Notes under the pieces: generated by a model | What the model saw: the letters and a program-made list of their open reading frames with translations, nothing else | What the model was told of the DNA's origin: nothing | The model's database searches: none | Translations under genes and position numbers: made by a program | In this document: positions 15,647-27,409 of the stretch, piece after piece | How positions within the stretch are numbered: position 1 is the stretch's first letter | Layout: each line of letters begins with the position of its first letter | Assembly: GCA_008632985.1 (NCBI GenBank) | Contig: QPGO01000030.1 | Coordinates: 495,135-559,134, forward strand | Length of the DNA: 64,000 bases | Direction of reading: 5' to 3' | Origin: Psammoneis japonica | Taxonomy: Eukaryota

Positions 15647-17023
15647 ATGTCGTCGAATGATGATGATTCAAAGCAAGAACCGGCACAAGTTGTCATTTGT
15701 GGCGCAGGGATTGTTGGCCTTGTACTCGCACTCGCTCTCAAGAAACACGTTGGCATTACGGCAGAACTGTACGAACAAGCACCGACCTTTGTTGATGATG
15801 TAGGTGCTGGAATGGGTATGTACCCGAATGGTCTGCGTGTCATTCGAGATATCTCTTCTGAGCTTCTACAGTCTATTCGAGACGAGGGTCATCCGTATCT
15901 AGTGAGAAAGTGGGAACGGCACGACGGAACGCAAGTTGCCATTGCAGACGAAAATGTCTTGTCTGAGCAGGACGAAGAACTAACAAGCATTGGAATACGC
16001 CGTTGGAGGCTACAAAAGGTTCTGTACGATGCTGTGGTTAAGGAGGGTATTCCCATTCACTTTGGAAAACGCAACTGCGGTGTAAAGACGAATGATGAAG
16101 TGGGCGGACTTGTGGAAATTGCCTTTGAAGATGGGACTCGCCGCGCCACGAAAATTCTCTTTGGGGCGGATGGGTCAAAATCCATGGTTCGTCAGTCGGT
16201 AGCAGGAGAAGCCTCTGAATTGAAGTATACTGGCGTCACGTGCATTATGGGCATGGCAGAGTTGGACCATCCTGTAGCGCGTGGTATTTGTTTCCCTAGT
16301 GCCTCCACGACAAAATGTCACGGTTGCTTCTTTCCCGCTAAAGAGACAGAGCAGTGTTTTCAATTTCATTTTCCAGTTCCAGCACAAGATGGAGGTGATA
16401 AAGGAAGTTGGGGGACGTTGAGTGACCTAGTTGCGAAAGAAGAATGTCACAGTCTAGCCGAACGGTTACGAAAGGACGGTTGGGACGAAAAATATCTCTT
16501 GCCATTGAGTGAAGTCAGCCATGCGGTACGCGTTGGATTTTGTGAGCTGAAGCCAGGCTTGAAAAACCTCGTTTACGGAGGACGTAACGGATGGATCGTT
16601 CTCCTTGGCGATGCAGCGCACCCGCCGGTTCCATACATTGGCCAAGGTGCTCAGATGGGCCTCGAAGATGCCGGTGTCGCTGCCATCCTTCTCAAGAAAT
16701 TGTGCCTCAGTGATGAAGGTGACTTTGATGTTTCTAATTTTGGAAGGGCTATGAAGATATATGAAAAAATGCGTGTCCCGAGGACGGCGGAGATCCTTGA
16801 GAATTCCAAGTACATGGGGAAAATGCAGCAGAAACGCGCAGAAAATGCCGTTTACAATGGCGTGAAGGAAGAGTTGATCAACCGAGATATTTTCTTTCAC
16901 GAGACAATGCCCATCATGTTCCCAGGAGCAAAGTATGACTACAAGGAAGATGTCGCAAGTGTCTTGGAGAAAGAACCGACGCTCTTGCGAGTCACACAAG
17001 AAGAGGATGAAGAAGGTGAATAG
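15647..17023 (+). CDS. FAD-dependent monooxygenase (group A flavoprotein hydroxylase family)
   Basis: GAGIVG dinucleotide-binding motif, LFGADGSKSMVR (DG motif), LLGDAAHPPVPYIGQGAQMGLEDA (GD motif). Confidence 0.92.
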   Translation: MSSNDDDSKQEPAQVVICGAGIVGLVLALALKKHVGITAELYEQAPTFVDDVGAGMGMYPNGLRVIRDISSELLQSIRDEGHPYLVRKWERHDGTQVAIADENVLSEQDEELTSIGIRRWRLQKVLYDAVVKEGIPIHFGKRNCGVKTNDEVGGLVEIAFEDGTRRATKILFGADGSKSMVRQSVAGEASELKYTGVTCIMGMAELDHPVARGICFPSASTTKCHGCFFPAKETEQCFQFHFPVPAQDGGDKGSWGTLSDLVAKEECHSLAERLRKDGWDEKYLLPLSEVSHAVRVGFCELKPGLKNLVYGGRNGWIVLLGDAAHPPVPYIGQGAQMGLEDAGVAAILLKKLCLSDEGDFDVSNFGRAMKIYEKMRVPRTAEILENSKYMGKMQQKRAENAVYNGVKEELINRDIFFHETMPIMFPGAKYDYKEDVASVLEKEPTLLRVTQEEDEEGE

Positions 17024-17729
17024 TTCTCTGTTCAATGTGCAATGCTTACTTGAAATTGGGGCAACTCTCGCTGGACTAATTTGAAAAGTAGACTGTTCTA
17101 CAGAGTCAGAAAACAGACACCTCTGATTTGGACAAACCATTTGACAACGGAGAAGTAGGCCGATTGGTTAGTTTCTAATAACAAGTTGGTACCGTCCCGT
17201 TTCCCCACTCTAGAGAGGGCAAGACTACCGTAGCTCTCTAGCTAGCCTAGCTAGTAGAGTAGGGGGCCCTACCGGTGCAGGATCGGTCCTTGGGTTCGGC
17301 GCACTTGCGTTGTTTGCAATCTCAATCGGCAGTATCCAAAACTCAAAAATGAGCGCAAGCAACGGCCGGCGGGATGCGATCGAACTTTCCACCACAGTAG
17401 TCCTATGGCTAATCTACTTTGCCAGAGTTATCATGAACAGGTCATTGATATACCAACTTAGACTCCATGGATCACTGGAGCGGTGACTGACTGCAGTCCT
17501 GCTGATTCGGCAACAAAGAAAATCGTGTACAAGCAAAAAGTTTGAACCAAGACTTGCGTCACGATGCCCTGCTGTATCCTCCTTGGTATTTGTAGAAACT
17601 CGCGTTATCGTCTCAATTCTTTTGCTACATGTATTAATATCGCTATAGTTCTCAAACCACGGATAAGCACGGCCTTGTTGAAGTAGAGGAATACAAGCTC
17701 TGCTACTTCTAGAAAGATGAAAGCATCAC

Positions 17730-17870
17730 CATGATTTATTGTGGGATGCTTAATTCAAAAAACGGTACAACCCCATGGGTCTGGAAGAAAAACTACAAAC
17801 CATGGGTGATGAATACTTGGGCGAGTTTGAGAATGGCCGATTCCATGGCATTGTTGGGGTAAATTCGTAA
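17730..17870 (+). pseudogene. Degenerate MORN-repeat fragment
   Basis: Reads PHGSGRKTTNHG / GDEYLGEFENGRFHG across a frameshift, with stops; matches the MORN consensus GDxYxGEFxNGxxHG. Confidence 0.35.
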
Positions 17871-18288
17871 ACGGAGTGCATCATCGAATTGGAAGTTTTG
17901 TGCGGGGACGTCGAGATACGCTGCAAAGGTCTGTTAACTGCCTTGCAGTTGACGTATATTTCTCGAACAGCCACGTCGGCTACAGTGCTCCCCGCAAACC
18001 ATGGTAACGGTGCCCGTTTTGTTCATATATTTGGAATTGGGCGTAGGATTTGTAGGGAGCACGTCCTCGTCGTGCAGTTGCCCCCTGACGTAATCCTGCC
18101 GCAAGGTTTGACAGATTAAGATTAAGATACGGTACTGTAGGTGTCAGCTCTAGAGAGAGTAGCTTGATTTATTTGTTTTCTAAATGCTGTTTCGTCTTCC
18201 AGATGTTGCCCCCTTTTATCTAAAGATCCTCTTCACCATGCTCTTCCATCATCAGAACCATCACCAATGTACTCGTATAGAAGTCCTT

Positions 18289-19737
18289 CTAAGCGTGCGC
18301 TGCGTCCGCCGCCGCAACCTTTTGCTTATTGAACGCATCCCAGTTAGCGCGTCCTTCTTGTACTACTTTCTGGATAGCTTCAGGACCAATTACCATCTCT
18401 GAAAGAAGAAACGGGCTTGGTTGCCCCCCCAGGTAGGAGATGACGTTCCCTTCCGCCTCAGAGACATCGATCAATTGCTGAATGGTATCTTCCTCCTCCT
18501 TGGTCCGAGATTGAATGACCTCTTCCAACTTCTTGTTCCAAGACTCAATGACGTCTTCTATCTTCTTGGTTCGCTCCGCCTGTTTCTTGGACTTTGCTTT
18601 CAGCAAAAACTTCCGTTCCGCAATATTTTCGAACATCATAGAGTAAAACTGGATGGAAGGATCGGTAGTGTCTTGCGCCGCAGAGTTCCTTCCGATTGGA
18701 GTGCTCATCAGGAGTTGCACGCCGGCTGCATTTACGATCCCGGGCGACATTTGTGCTCCTGCTGTTGACACTCCGGCCGCTCCAACGTTCACAGTATCGT
18801 TAGTGCTGTGAGCAACAAAGGCATCATTGCCATTCTTTCGCTTTTCACCAAGAAACGGGCTTGGTTGCCCCCCGAAGAAGGAGATGACATTCCCTTCCGC
18901 TTCAGAAACATCGATCAATTGCTGAATGGTATCTTCCTCCTCCTTGGTCCGAGACTGAACGACATCTTCCAACTTCTTGGTCCCAGACTGAACGACCTCT
19001 TCCAACTTCTTGGTCCGCTCGGCCTGTTTCTTGGACTTTTCTTTCAGCAAAGACTTCCGTTCCGAAATATTTTCGAGCATCATAGAGTAGAACTGGATGG
19101 AAGGATCGGTAGTGCCTTGCGCCGCAGAGTTCCTTCCGATTGGAGTGCTCATCAGGAGTTGCACGCCGGCTACATTTACGATCCCGGGCGACATTTGTAC
19201 TCCTGCTCTTGCTGCTCCGGCCGCTCCAACGTTCGGAGTATCGTTAGTGCCGTGAGTTGAAAACGGATTCGAAACCCCGCTACCACCACCACCGTTGGTG
19301 CCGATATTGTCGCCAGGAGTTGGTGTGCGATTGTACAATGACATGGCTGCCTCTTTTTGCAACTTCAGCTCCTTTTCTTCGTGTCGTCGTTGCTTTTGAA
19401 GCAAAGTCTTTCGTACTCCTCGTGCTTTCTTCCGCTTGGCTTCTGCTTGGTTCCACCCAATACGAATGTCGTGATAACGAGCGTTGCGCTTGGCTTCTTC
19501 CCGATCAGCAGCGGCTGTTGCTTGTTCGAAAGTGGCTCGATGGTCGTCAACCTTGGCTTGATGAAGCTCAGCTCTGGCTTGTTGTGCAACGGCTCTATTT
19601 ATGAGATGTGTCTTTGTTCTTTGGGGTGTTTTGAATTTTTTGGTTCGTCTTCCCGCCCGCGCGTTCAAATCGCGCGATGCTTCATTCAATGCAACTCGCC
19701 ACTCGCCACTTGAAATTCGCAAGATAGTGTGTACCAA
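18289..19737 (-). CDS. Hypothetical coiled-coil protein with an internal tandem duplication of ~140 aa
   Basis: 482-aa ORF; the DNA segments ~18408-18810 and ~18852-19255 are near-identical copies. Confidence 0.55.
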   Translation of the reverse strand: MVHTILRISSGEWRVALNEASRDLNARAGRRTKKFKTPQRTKTHLINRAVAQQARAELHQAKVDDHRATFEQATAAADREEAKRNARYHDIRIGWNQAEAKRKKARGVRKTLLQKQRRHEEKELKLQKEAAMSLYNRTPTPGDNIGTNGGGGSGVSNPFSTHGTNDTPNVGAAGAARAGVQMSPGIVNVAGVQLLMSTPIGRNSAAQGTTDPSIQFYSMMLENISERKSLLKEKSKKQAERTKKLEEVVQSGTKKLEDVVQSRTKEEEDTIQQLIDVSEAEGNVISFFGGQPSPFLGEKRKNGNDAFVAHSTNDTVNVGAAGVSTAGAQMSPGIVNAAGVQLLMSTPIGRNSAAQDTTDPSIQFYSMMFENIAERKFLLKAKSKKQAERTKKIEDVIESWNKKLEEVIQSRTKEEEDTIQQLIDVSEAEGNVISYLGGQPSPFLLSEMVIGPEAIQKVVQEGRANWDAFNKQKVAAADAAHA

Positions 19738-19809
19738 CGACCATGGATATTCATAGCTCGATCTAGTACAGCTGAGCCGATCTGAAATCTCGATAACGAG
19801 GGGACTGCA

Positions 19810-21771
19810 ATGTCAAACGAATGGGACGAGTTGTTCGCTAACGCGGCAGGGCATCACTGCTCCGAGTCGGCACCAAGTTCTCCACAACTCAATCGAAGGA
19901 AAAGAAAGCGGAAGCGGCCGCGATCTACCCATGATGACGAGTTTACTCGCATGTTGGCTGAACGCATGACCGTGCAGTACTCGTGCCCCAGAGTATGGCC
20001 GGAATGGCTTAGTCTTGGTCCGTTGCATACATCGAATACTGTGTGTCCTGGTTGGAAAGCGAAAACAGGCGAAGAAGAGCTTCATCGCTCCTGCTGCCAC
20101 TGTAGCAAGTCTGCGCTCCATCATCGAGTTCAAGTTGAGCTACCGAATGGGAAGACAACTGCAGCTCACATAGTATTTGGAAGCGTAAGAAACATACGAT
20201 GCAGTGCTTCAATTATGGTTACGTCGGAACACAAGGAGCATTCACTCCTCACACTTGCAATCAAGCGTGAGATGGGTTGGATTCATAACGCTCAGCATTC
20301 GCTACTTTCAGCACTGCCTTCAGGCGAGGGTTCTCTGTTAGCAGAAAAATTTACACGACTTTTCGAGTCTTCTAATGAACTCATCATTCAAGGAAGAGAT
20401 GGGGTACGCAACAACAGGGTTGGTAGCTGCGACGGAATCTTTGAAGGCATTGTTCGGCTCGTTATGGCTTGCGATGTTGTCTACTACCGACTCTACTACC
20501 TCCAGATCACCAAAGCCTTGCAGATCCGAGACAATTTCATCTTTATTCCTCATCCATCAAACTACTTTATGTTGCCTTATTTATCTTGGGATACGATTGA
20601 GGGAGGAGTAAAGTTGAAGGAGTGTCTCCGAGATCTCCATAGCTGCGCGGAGGAATCCGGCGTAGAAAAGTCAGAGTTGTCAACCATACTGCAAAGTTAT
20701 GGCGTCGATGAATCGCATACGATGCCATCATGCAATGACCCACTGAGAGCCTTGCATCACAATCGATTCATGGAGACGGTGACTTTGTTTTATTCCTCAG
20801 GATGGGTGGATTCCTTGGAAGTCAAAGCACAAACGGCCGAGGCGCTCGAGAACATCAAACAGCTGCCAGATGATGATTTGAGTTACCATGAGACGCCGGC
20901 ACCTGCGCTGTTGATGGCATGGAGGGACGCTTGTCGAGACTTCTTGTGCAATTTGTATGCATATGCCACCCTAGCACCCGGGACGGAAGAGCGCCTGCAA
21001 GAATTGCTCATGAAGAACAACATCAAAGACGGACTGATCGAGCTGGGCAGTGGGACCGGGTATATCGCACGAGTGCTGCATGATGCGGGGATTAAGATCA
21101 AGGCTTGGGATGCATTTCCAACTCAGAAAGACTCGTCTATGAATGAATATCATGGTTGCACACCGCCTTTCTTCAACGTTCGAGAAGGTGGGATTGGGGT
21201 CCTGAAAAGTACCCTCCGTATGAATCTCCCTACAAATTCAGCGTTACTCTTATGCTACCCTCCTCCAAAATCCTCCATGGCTCGAGACGCTCTTCAAACA
21301 TTCATGGATGCAGGAGGTCAGTTCCTTGTACATATTGGCGAGTTTTCGGGATTAACAGCTTCTCGAGAGTTTGAAAACCTCTTGTCAAATAACTTTGAGT
21401 GCTTGGAACGAACACCCTGCCTGAATTGGGGAACAAATTGCGACAACGCAACATTCTGGAAACGAGTGGATTGTAGAGAATTTTCGAACCCATCGTCTTG
21501 TTTGCTGCTGCCGTGCTGTCAATGCGGGCAACGACAATCCTTGAGAAGGTGCAGGCTTGCGAGAAATCTTGTATATTGCGGAAGAGAGTGTTGTTTGAAG
21601 CATGAGCCAGCTCGAAGAATTCACCTTTCCTTGCAGATGGTTGCGATCGACGAGTCAATGCTTAGCTTCCAAAACAGGAGCCATTACGCGGAATTGCAAT
21701 TGCGAGACGGTGCGAAGATTGCCAAAGTGTCGAACTCAAAGAAGAAGAAGCGCAAGAGAAAGAAAAGATAG
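19810..21771 (+). CDS. Class I SAM-methyltransferase-like protein with C-terminal MYND-type zinc finger
   Basis: LIELGSGTGYIA (motif I), LLLCYPP, LVHIGE; CCQCG...RCRLARNLVYCGRECCLKH; basic NLS at both ends. Confidence 0.7.
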   Translation: MSNEWDELFANAAGHHCSESAPSSPQLNRRKRKRKRPRSTHDDEFTRMLAERMTVQYSCPRVWPEWLSLGPLHTSNTVCPGWKAKTGEEELHRSCCHCSKSALHHRVQVELPNGKTTAAHIVFGSVRNIRCSASIMVTSEHKEHSLLTLAIKREMGWIHNAQHSLLSALPSGEGSLLAEKFTRLFESSNELIIQGRDGVRNNRVGSCDGIFEGIVRLVMACDVVYYRLYYLQITKALQIRDNFIFIPHPSNYFMLPYLSWDTIEGGVKLKECLRDLHSCAEESGVEKSELSTILQSYGVDESHTMPSCNDPLRALHHNRFMETVTLFYSSGWVDSLEVKAQTAEALENIKQLPDDDLSYHETPAPALLMAWRDACRDFLCNLYAYATLAPGTEERLQELLMKNNIKDGLIELGSGTGYIARVLHDAGIKIKAWDAFPTQKDSSMNEYHGCTPPFFNVREGGIGVLKSTLRMNLPTNSALLLCYPPPKSSMARDALQTFMDAGGQFLVHIGEFSGLTASREFENLLSNNFECLERTPCLNWGTNCDNATFWKRVDCREFSNPSSCLLLPCCQCGQRQSLRRCRLARNLVYCGRECCLKHEPARRIHLSLQMVAIDESMLSFQNRSHYAELQLRDGAKIAKVSNSKKKKRKRKKR

Positions 21772-21892
21772 TCTCAGTCGAACGTGCTGAAGGTAACGGG
21801 TTGGCCATTTAAATCATTAGTCACTGCATTTTGGATTGTGCCCGTCTGTCGCAAATAGTCTGTAGTAGCGTGAAGCGATTATCGTTCCCCTA

Positions 21893-23831
21893 CTAGGCTT
21901 CCGCGGCTCGTTTCAAGTAGCGCCAAATGTCGTCTCTGCCTAGCTTTGTATCAGCAGACGTGAGAATAACAGGCGCGCTCCCTACCTTATTGGCTTTCAT
22001 CGTTTCTCGCAATTTGGTCAGTACACTCCTTGACACTTTCCCAGTATTCTTCTTTTTCGGGCCCTTCACGTTTTTGTCGGCTTTTGTAAGGACAACAACG
22101 TACGCTACTTGCTTGGGCAGGCTTTCGCCCATTTGCTTCATAATTCTCATGTCTTCATCAATAGGGCCGTGGCGCGCATCCACTAAGTGGAAGACGACGC
22201 GTAACGTCTTGCGATTGGTCAAGTAATTTCCCATGAACTTTGACCAATGATCTCGCTGCTTTTGGGGAACTTTCGCAAACCCAAAACCCGGGAGGTCTAC
22301 AATGTAGAAAGAGTCTAGATCTTTCTCACCAGGCACGCTGTCGCCGTATCTTATCTCTTTCTCTCTTCCGGGCTTGTCATTTACTGCAAAGTAGTTAAAC
22401 TGCTGCGTCTTTCCGGGACGTTTGCTCGTGTATGCTAGTGATTTTCGATTGGTCAGCTGCATCGATAATTCCAAGAACGCGCAATGGGTGAGACTTGAAA
22501 GAACGTGACTCGTAAATGCAGAGCAAAACCTTGTTACAAATCATTGACTCACCATATTGACTAGACTAGATTTTCCAACGTTGCTCCGACCAACAAAGGC
22601 AGCCTCTCCGCGATCAGCTGCCGGCAACCCAGACATGTCTACAGCACCGGTAATGAAGAGAACCCTACGCACGAGCGCGTTTGACAGGGCTTCGTACGTG
22701 CGGTCGCTGTTGTCAGACGGAAAGGTTGTCATGGCGTTCAAAACTGAGTAAACAAGGTTGCATGGAAGCTCCTCGTCGACGCCATCACATGGGTGTACCG
22801 TGCCATCACGACGTCCGGACTCGCATTGTGCCGCACCTTGGACGATCCTCGTCCACGGCATTGTCAGCTCGGCAGTTGAGAGGCCAGACTCTCGAACGAT
22901 CGGGCCCATTTCTGCCAAAAGTTTACAAGCACGTACCGCCATGGACGGCTCGCCTTCGAAGAAATGCCGGGAGGCAATTGAGCCTAGAGATAAAGCCCGA
23001 TGTTTTATCAACTCCTTGTTTTCGTCAGAGTCAAGAGCAGAGCCCTTCGTGGATTTCAACAAAGCAGAAAAGCAGTTAGATATTGAATATTTCTTACAAA
23101 AGAGACAGAAAAAATTTAGAGCCTCGTACCGGCAGAGGAAGAGCGAGTTCGTCGTCGAGGATGGCCAATGCGTCTGTCACGTTGTGAACCCTTAGCAAGC
23201 CTCGAATAATGGCTGCTCCCTCCAAAGGAAGCATCGACGGACGGTATTCAGCTCTTCTCACGTCGATGGCTTTTCTAGCTAGCTCGTGATTTTTCATATG
23301 AAGGGCAGCAACAGCTAATCTGGCTAGCAAAGATCCACGGTAGCCGTAGGCAAAAGACTCATCAACCTCTTCAAGTAGAAAGCGTTCAATGGCGCGAATG
23401 TCATGAGCGTCGTGAAGGTTCTGAGCTCGTTTAATGGCTCTCATGACATCATCCGCTGTGGATTCTTTGGTAAGTTTCGATATTGCGGTGGAGTGAAGGT
23501 CGTATTTTCCTTCACCGGGGGCTCTCTTCGGCTGGAGGAGTCCATTTCTAGCCGCGAAATTGTGTTTTCTGTGGTTTGCGTTTGCTCTCTGTCGCTCCTT
23601 CTTTGCGCGTTGTTTCGCTTTGCGTTCAGGACGAGAAAGCTTCGGCTTTTTATTACTGTCATCAGATGAAGCAACAAAGGTGGAAACGACGCTGACATGG
23701 AGGACTGATGACGGCATAGAAGCACTGGAAGACAGCGCTGCAGTCCTTGGGTTCGGAATGAATGATGACACTCGAGAACAAAGAAGTAAACTCCCAACCA
23801 AACTCGCTCTCATAATGACATACAATTTCAT
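21893..23831 (-). CDS. engB: EngB/YihA (YsxC)-family ribosome biogenesis GTPase with long N-terminal extension, probably plastid-targeted; three exons
   Basis: G1 GRSNVGKSSLVN, SKRPGKTQQFN, G3 VDLPGFG, G4 TKAD; signal peptide ending SSF; introns near 23065-23128 and 22457-22552. Confidence 0.88.
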
Positions 23832-24409
23832 GTGACCTCGATTGGTTGTATGTCGCATGCTTTGACTATCTCTACCGGTTGTTTCTCACTTTGACGATGA
23901 CTACGGCAAGATTTGTGCACTTGTGGCACTATGAACTTGTTCATGTGATGAGTTCTCAGTTGTCTCGAGGAATTTTCCCGCGTCTTTCGTTGGCGGGAAC
24001 TGCAACCAACCTGAGTCGCGCCGGCCGGGCTGATTGGTGATTTGATGACGTGTGTACCTCGAACAGATGGATTTGAAGAACGCAATTCTGGATTCCTTGA
24101 AGTGCAAAGGGCCATGTCAGGTCGTGGATCGCGTATAAACGCGACCTACTAGACTACAGACTACCGGTACAGCTTACCATTAGCCCTACGGTATCTAACT
24201 CGCTCTTGCTGTTTCTTTTTGGGCCTGCCTTCGGTGAGAGGTGGGAGATCGTACATACACTGAAATGTGGAGGGGGGGCGCTTGTGTGAGTGCGATTGTT
24301 TAGCTGATTCTCTAGAAAGCAGTCTGCGGTGATCAAGTTAAGAGCTTGGAGAACAGGGTCGGGCATCGGTGTTTGGGGTGGTCAACCGCTCGAGCTGAAC
24401 GTGGTGCGC

Positions 24410-26174
24410 ATGCACATGTCGAAACCAACTCCAAGAATTTGTTCGTTGGACGAATATCAAGTCAGTGTCACCGAAGAACTACGTTTTCACCTTTCGTCAC
24501 AATATGAAGCGTTGTATGAGGGAGAAGATGATGCATGCGCGGCAGCGTCTCGTCATTTTGAAAGGATCTTAACGGCAATGAAGACACCGCCAAGTGTAAC
24601 CACTTGCCGTATTAACAATATCATGTGCAATCAGGATGAAGCTGTCACCGGACTGCAGGAGGCTCTGATAATGTGGGCAACTCAACACTCGCTCCCAAGA
24701 AGTGGAACCTGTCAACGACAACGAGCGGTCACCATAGCACCGCACACTCACTTCAAAGACTTAATTTGTGTTAGTTCCGCGCAGGTAAACGCCGATTTGC
24801 CAAGCCAAAATCTTTTCAAACGTCGCACTCCCCTGTCAGGCTCTTCGTCGACCAAGGTTACTTATGCAAGCTGGAAAAGTCGCGAGGAGGCAGGATGGCC
24901 CATGACTCATCGTGTTATTATTTGTGATCGCCTTTGCGGGGAAGCCGTTCTGCGGGGAAGCGATATTTTTGTGAGAGGAGTTATCTGTGCAGACTCAGGA
25001 ATCGAACGCGACGAGGATGTTGCGGTAAGTAAGCCGCTATTGAATTGCACGCAATGAATTTGTTTTGAAAAGCGCTCCGGTGTTTCGCAAACGACAGCGA
25101 TACTGAACCTGAACTGCAATTGCATTCACAGGTTTACGCTGATATGATGGTGGGGACAAAGGTTCGAAGAGGTATGAAGCTTGATCAATACAGTGGAACA
25201 TGTGTTTTTCTTGGACTTGGTATGACGTCCTGTGCGCGTGCTGAAATGTTCAAGTTATCAAAAGGTGTTGCCGTCAGAATGTCTAGCAGGCGGGAAGATC
25301 GTGCTGGCCCACCTTTGCCGCCACTTCATGGTGTTCTGCCTGAAAAGATGATTCTTCAGAACCTTCCTTCAGTCTTGGTTGCCCACGCGCTGGCACCCCA
25401 GCAAGGAGAGCTTGTACTCGACATGTGCTGTGCGCCCGGAGGGAAAACGAGCCACATCGCTAGCCTCGTTCATAACAATGCAACAGTTGTAGCATGCGAC
25501 AAGAGTAGGAGAAAGATGGTGGCTGCAAAAGCGTTGTTCCAGAGAATGGGGGCGTCCTGCATAACACCTCTCGTGCTTGACACCACTTCATGCGTGCTAC
25601 GAGAGAGTAGTGACTCTTGGAAGAGTGTGTCAGAGGTAATTATGTGCTCTACGTCAAGTCATCTGATTTCGAGAGGAAAAGTCTCATTATTTTGTCGTCT
25701 GTTTGGTGAACGCAGGTACTGTCGACTACAAGCACGCCATGCGAGGATGGGCTTTCGGTGGTAGAAGGCTTTTATCCTGAATCCTTTGATCGGATACTTC
25801 TTGATCCACCTTGCAGCGCATTAGGGCTGCGACCGAAACTGAAGATAGAAGAAGGCAGCTGGAAAAGTATAGAAAAGCATTCAAACTACCAAAAGCGTTT
25901 TGTGAGGGAAGCTGTCTCATTGCTAAAACAAGGAGGGACTCTAACATACAGCACCTGCACAATAAATACTTTGGAGAACGAAGAAATGGTACGGCACATT
26001 TTAGGTGAATATCCTTGTATGAATCTTTTACCAATCGAGTTTGACGTGGGCCTACCCGGTCTTCCAGGGGCAGGACTCGACGGCGTTGAAAGAACAATGG
26101 TACGGAGGTTTGATCCCAGTGACGAGGCGGCAGATACCATGGGATTTTTCGTCGCCAAGTTCCGTAAGACCTGA
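24410..26174 (+). CDS. NSUN6: NSUN6-like tRNA m5C methyltransferase (PUA plus RsmB/NOP2 domain); three exons
   Basis: CGEAVLRGSDIFVRGV (PUA), LQNLPS, LDMCCAPGGKT, FDRILLDPPCSALG, YSTCT, GFFVAKF; introns 25025-25131 and 25637-25715. Confidence 0.88.
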
Positions 26175-26729
26175 CTACTATGACAGCTTTCGCGTCGAGA
26201 GGCTTCTTCGGGGACTGTCTTCAAAAGTGCACAAGCGACATGAAGCCGCACTGCCGAGCAAAAGTCTGTTTCATATTTCTCTAGCCATGAAAAGAAATGA
26301 TTTTGGTGCGAGCTATGATCTGCAACAAGCCAATGAAAAGGAAGTGGGAGGGAGAGACACGAGATCGCCGAGGGACTAGACCTAATAGCGTTTCGTTGGG
26401 CGGCTTCATTTGCTGCCAAGAACGCGGCTCTTTTTCCAAGAGAATGTGCTCGAATGTCGTTCTTTGACTTTTCAACAGTGCTGACATGTGAAGGTGGTGC
26501 CTTGTTTGTTTGTAATAAAGGTGCACTGAACGACAAGTTGCAATTAATCTCTAATGTAGAGCTGGAGATGCGTCTTGCGCACCCTTCCTATCTAGAGCTT
26601 GGGATGACTGGCCCATCTTAACCTCTTCACCAGAGAGTGAAGATCCTCCCTTCACTCATGGTATGATACCCCGAAGTTAGAGTCGTTGGATGCGGTTTGC
26701 AGAAGGTCTAGAGGAGAGGCGTGCATCCG

Positions 26730-27175
26730 CCTGACGAGCAAGGGGTGTAGGTAGAAGTTATCAAATCTCTTGCACTCTCTTTACTAACTCTAGAGAGAGC
26801 TGTAATCTCTTGATAGCATCAACAGTAGAGAGTAGCAAGCGAGTCTTCTGGCTGTAGTAGAGTATTGTTGGGTTCACGGGTACCGCAGAAGTAGCTCTCT
26901 GCTCTTAGGCTACCGTACCAGTACAACTAAAATACCTGTTCTCTCTTAGTAGTTATCCGTAGTGCAAATGTCCTCCTGACGAGCAATGAGTGTAGGTAGA
27001 AGTTATCAATTTTCTTGCATTCTCTTTTACTAGCTCTACTAGAGAGAGCTGTACTCTCTTGAAAGTATTAGCAGTAGAGAGTAGCAAGCGAGTCTTCTGG
27101 CCCTCTAGCTAGTAGTAGAGCATTGTTGGGTACACGGGTACAGTACCGCAGAAGTAGCTCTACTCTTAGGCTAAA
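26730..27175. repeat. Imperfect ~200-bp direct repeat within a TAG/CTA-rich intergenic tract
   Basis: cctgacgagcaa...gtgtaggtagaagttatca...gtaccgcagaagtagctct...ctcttaggcta occurs at ~26730-26912 and ~26975-27173. Confidence 0.85.
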
Positions 27176-27409
27176 ACTCTAGCTAGCTAGAGACTACTAC
27201 TAGAATAGTCTCTCTAGAGTAGCACCTCTAGTAGAGAGTAGTACCGTATTAGAGAGAGAATAGGGTGTTGGGAGTGCCGCGCACCCGCCGTCCGCCTGTG
27301 CCGGGGATGAGGCCCCATCCCCAATGGCGCGCCCTCTACAGCATGCCGGTACAGCATACCGTACAGTAACACTCACAAGTCCCAAGTGTACCGTATCTAA
27401 TTTGTCGCA

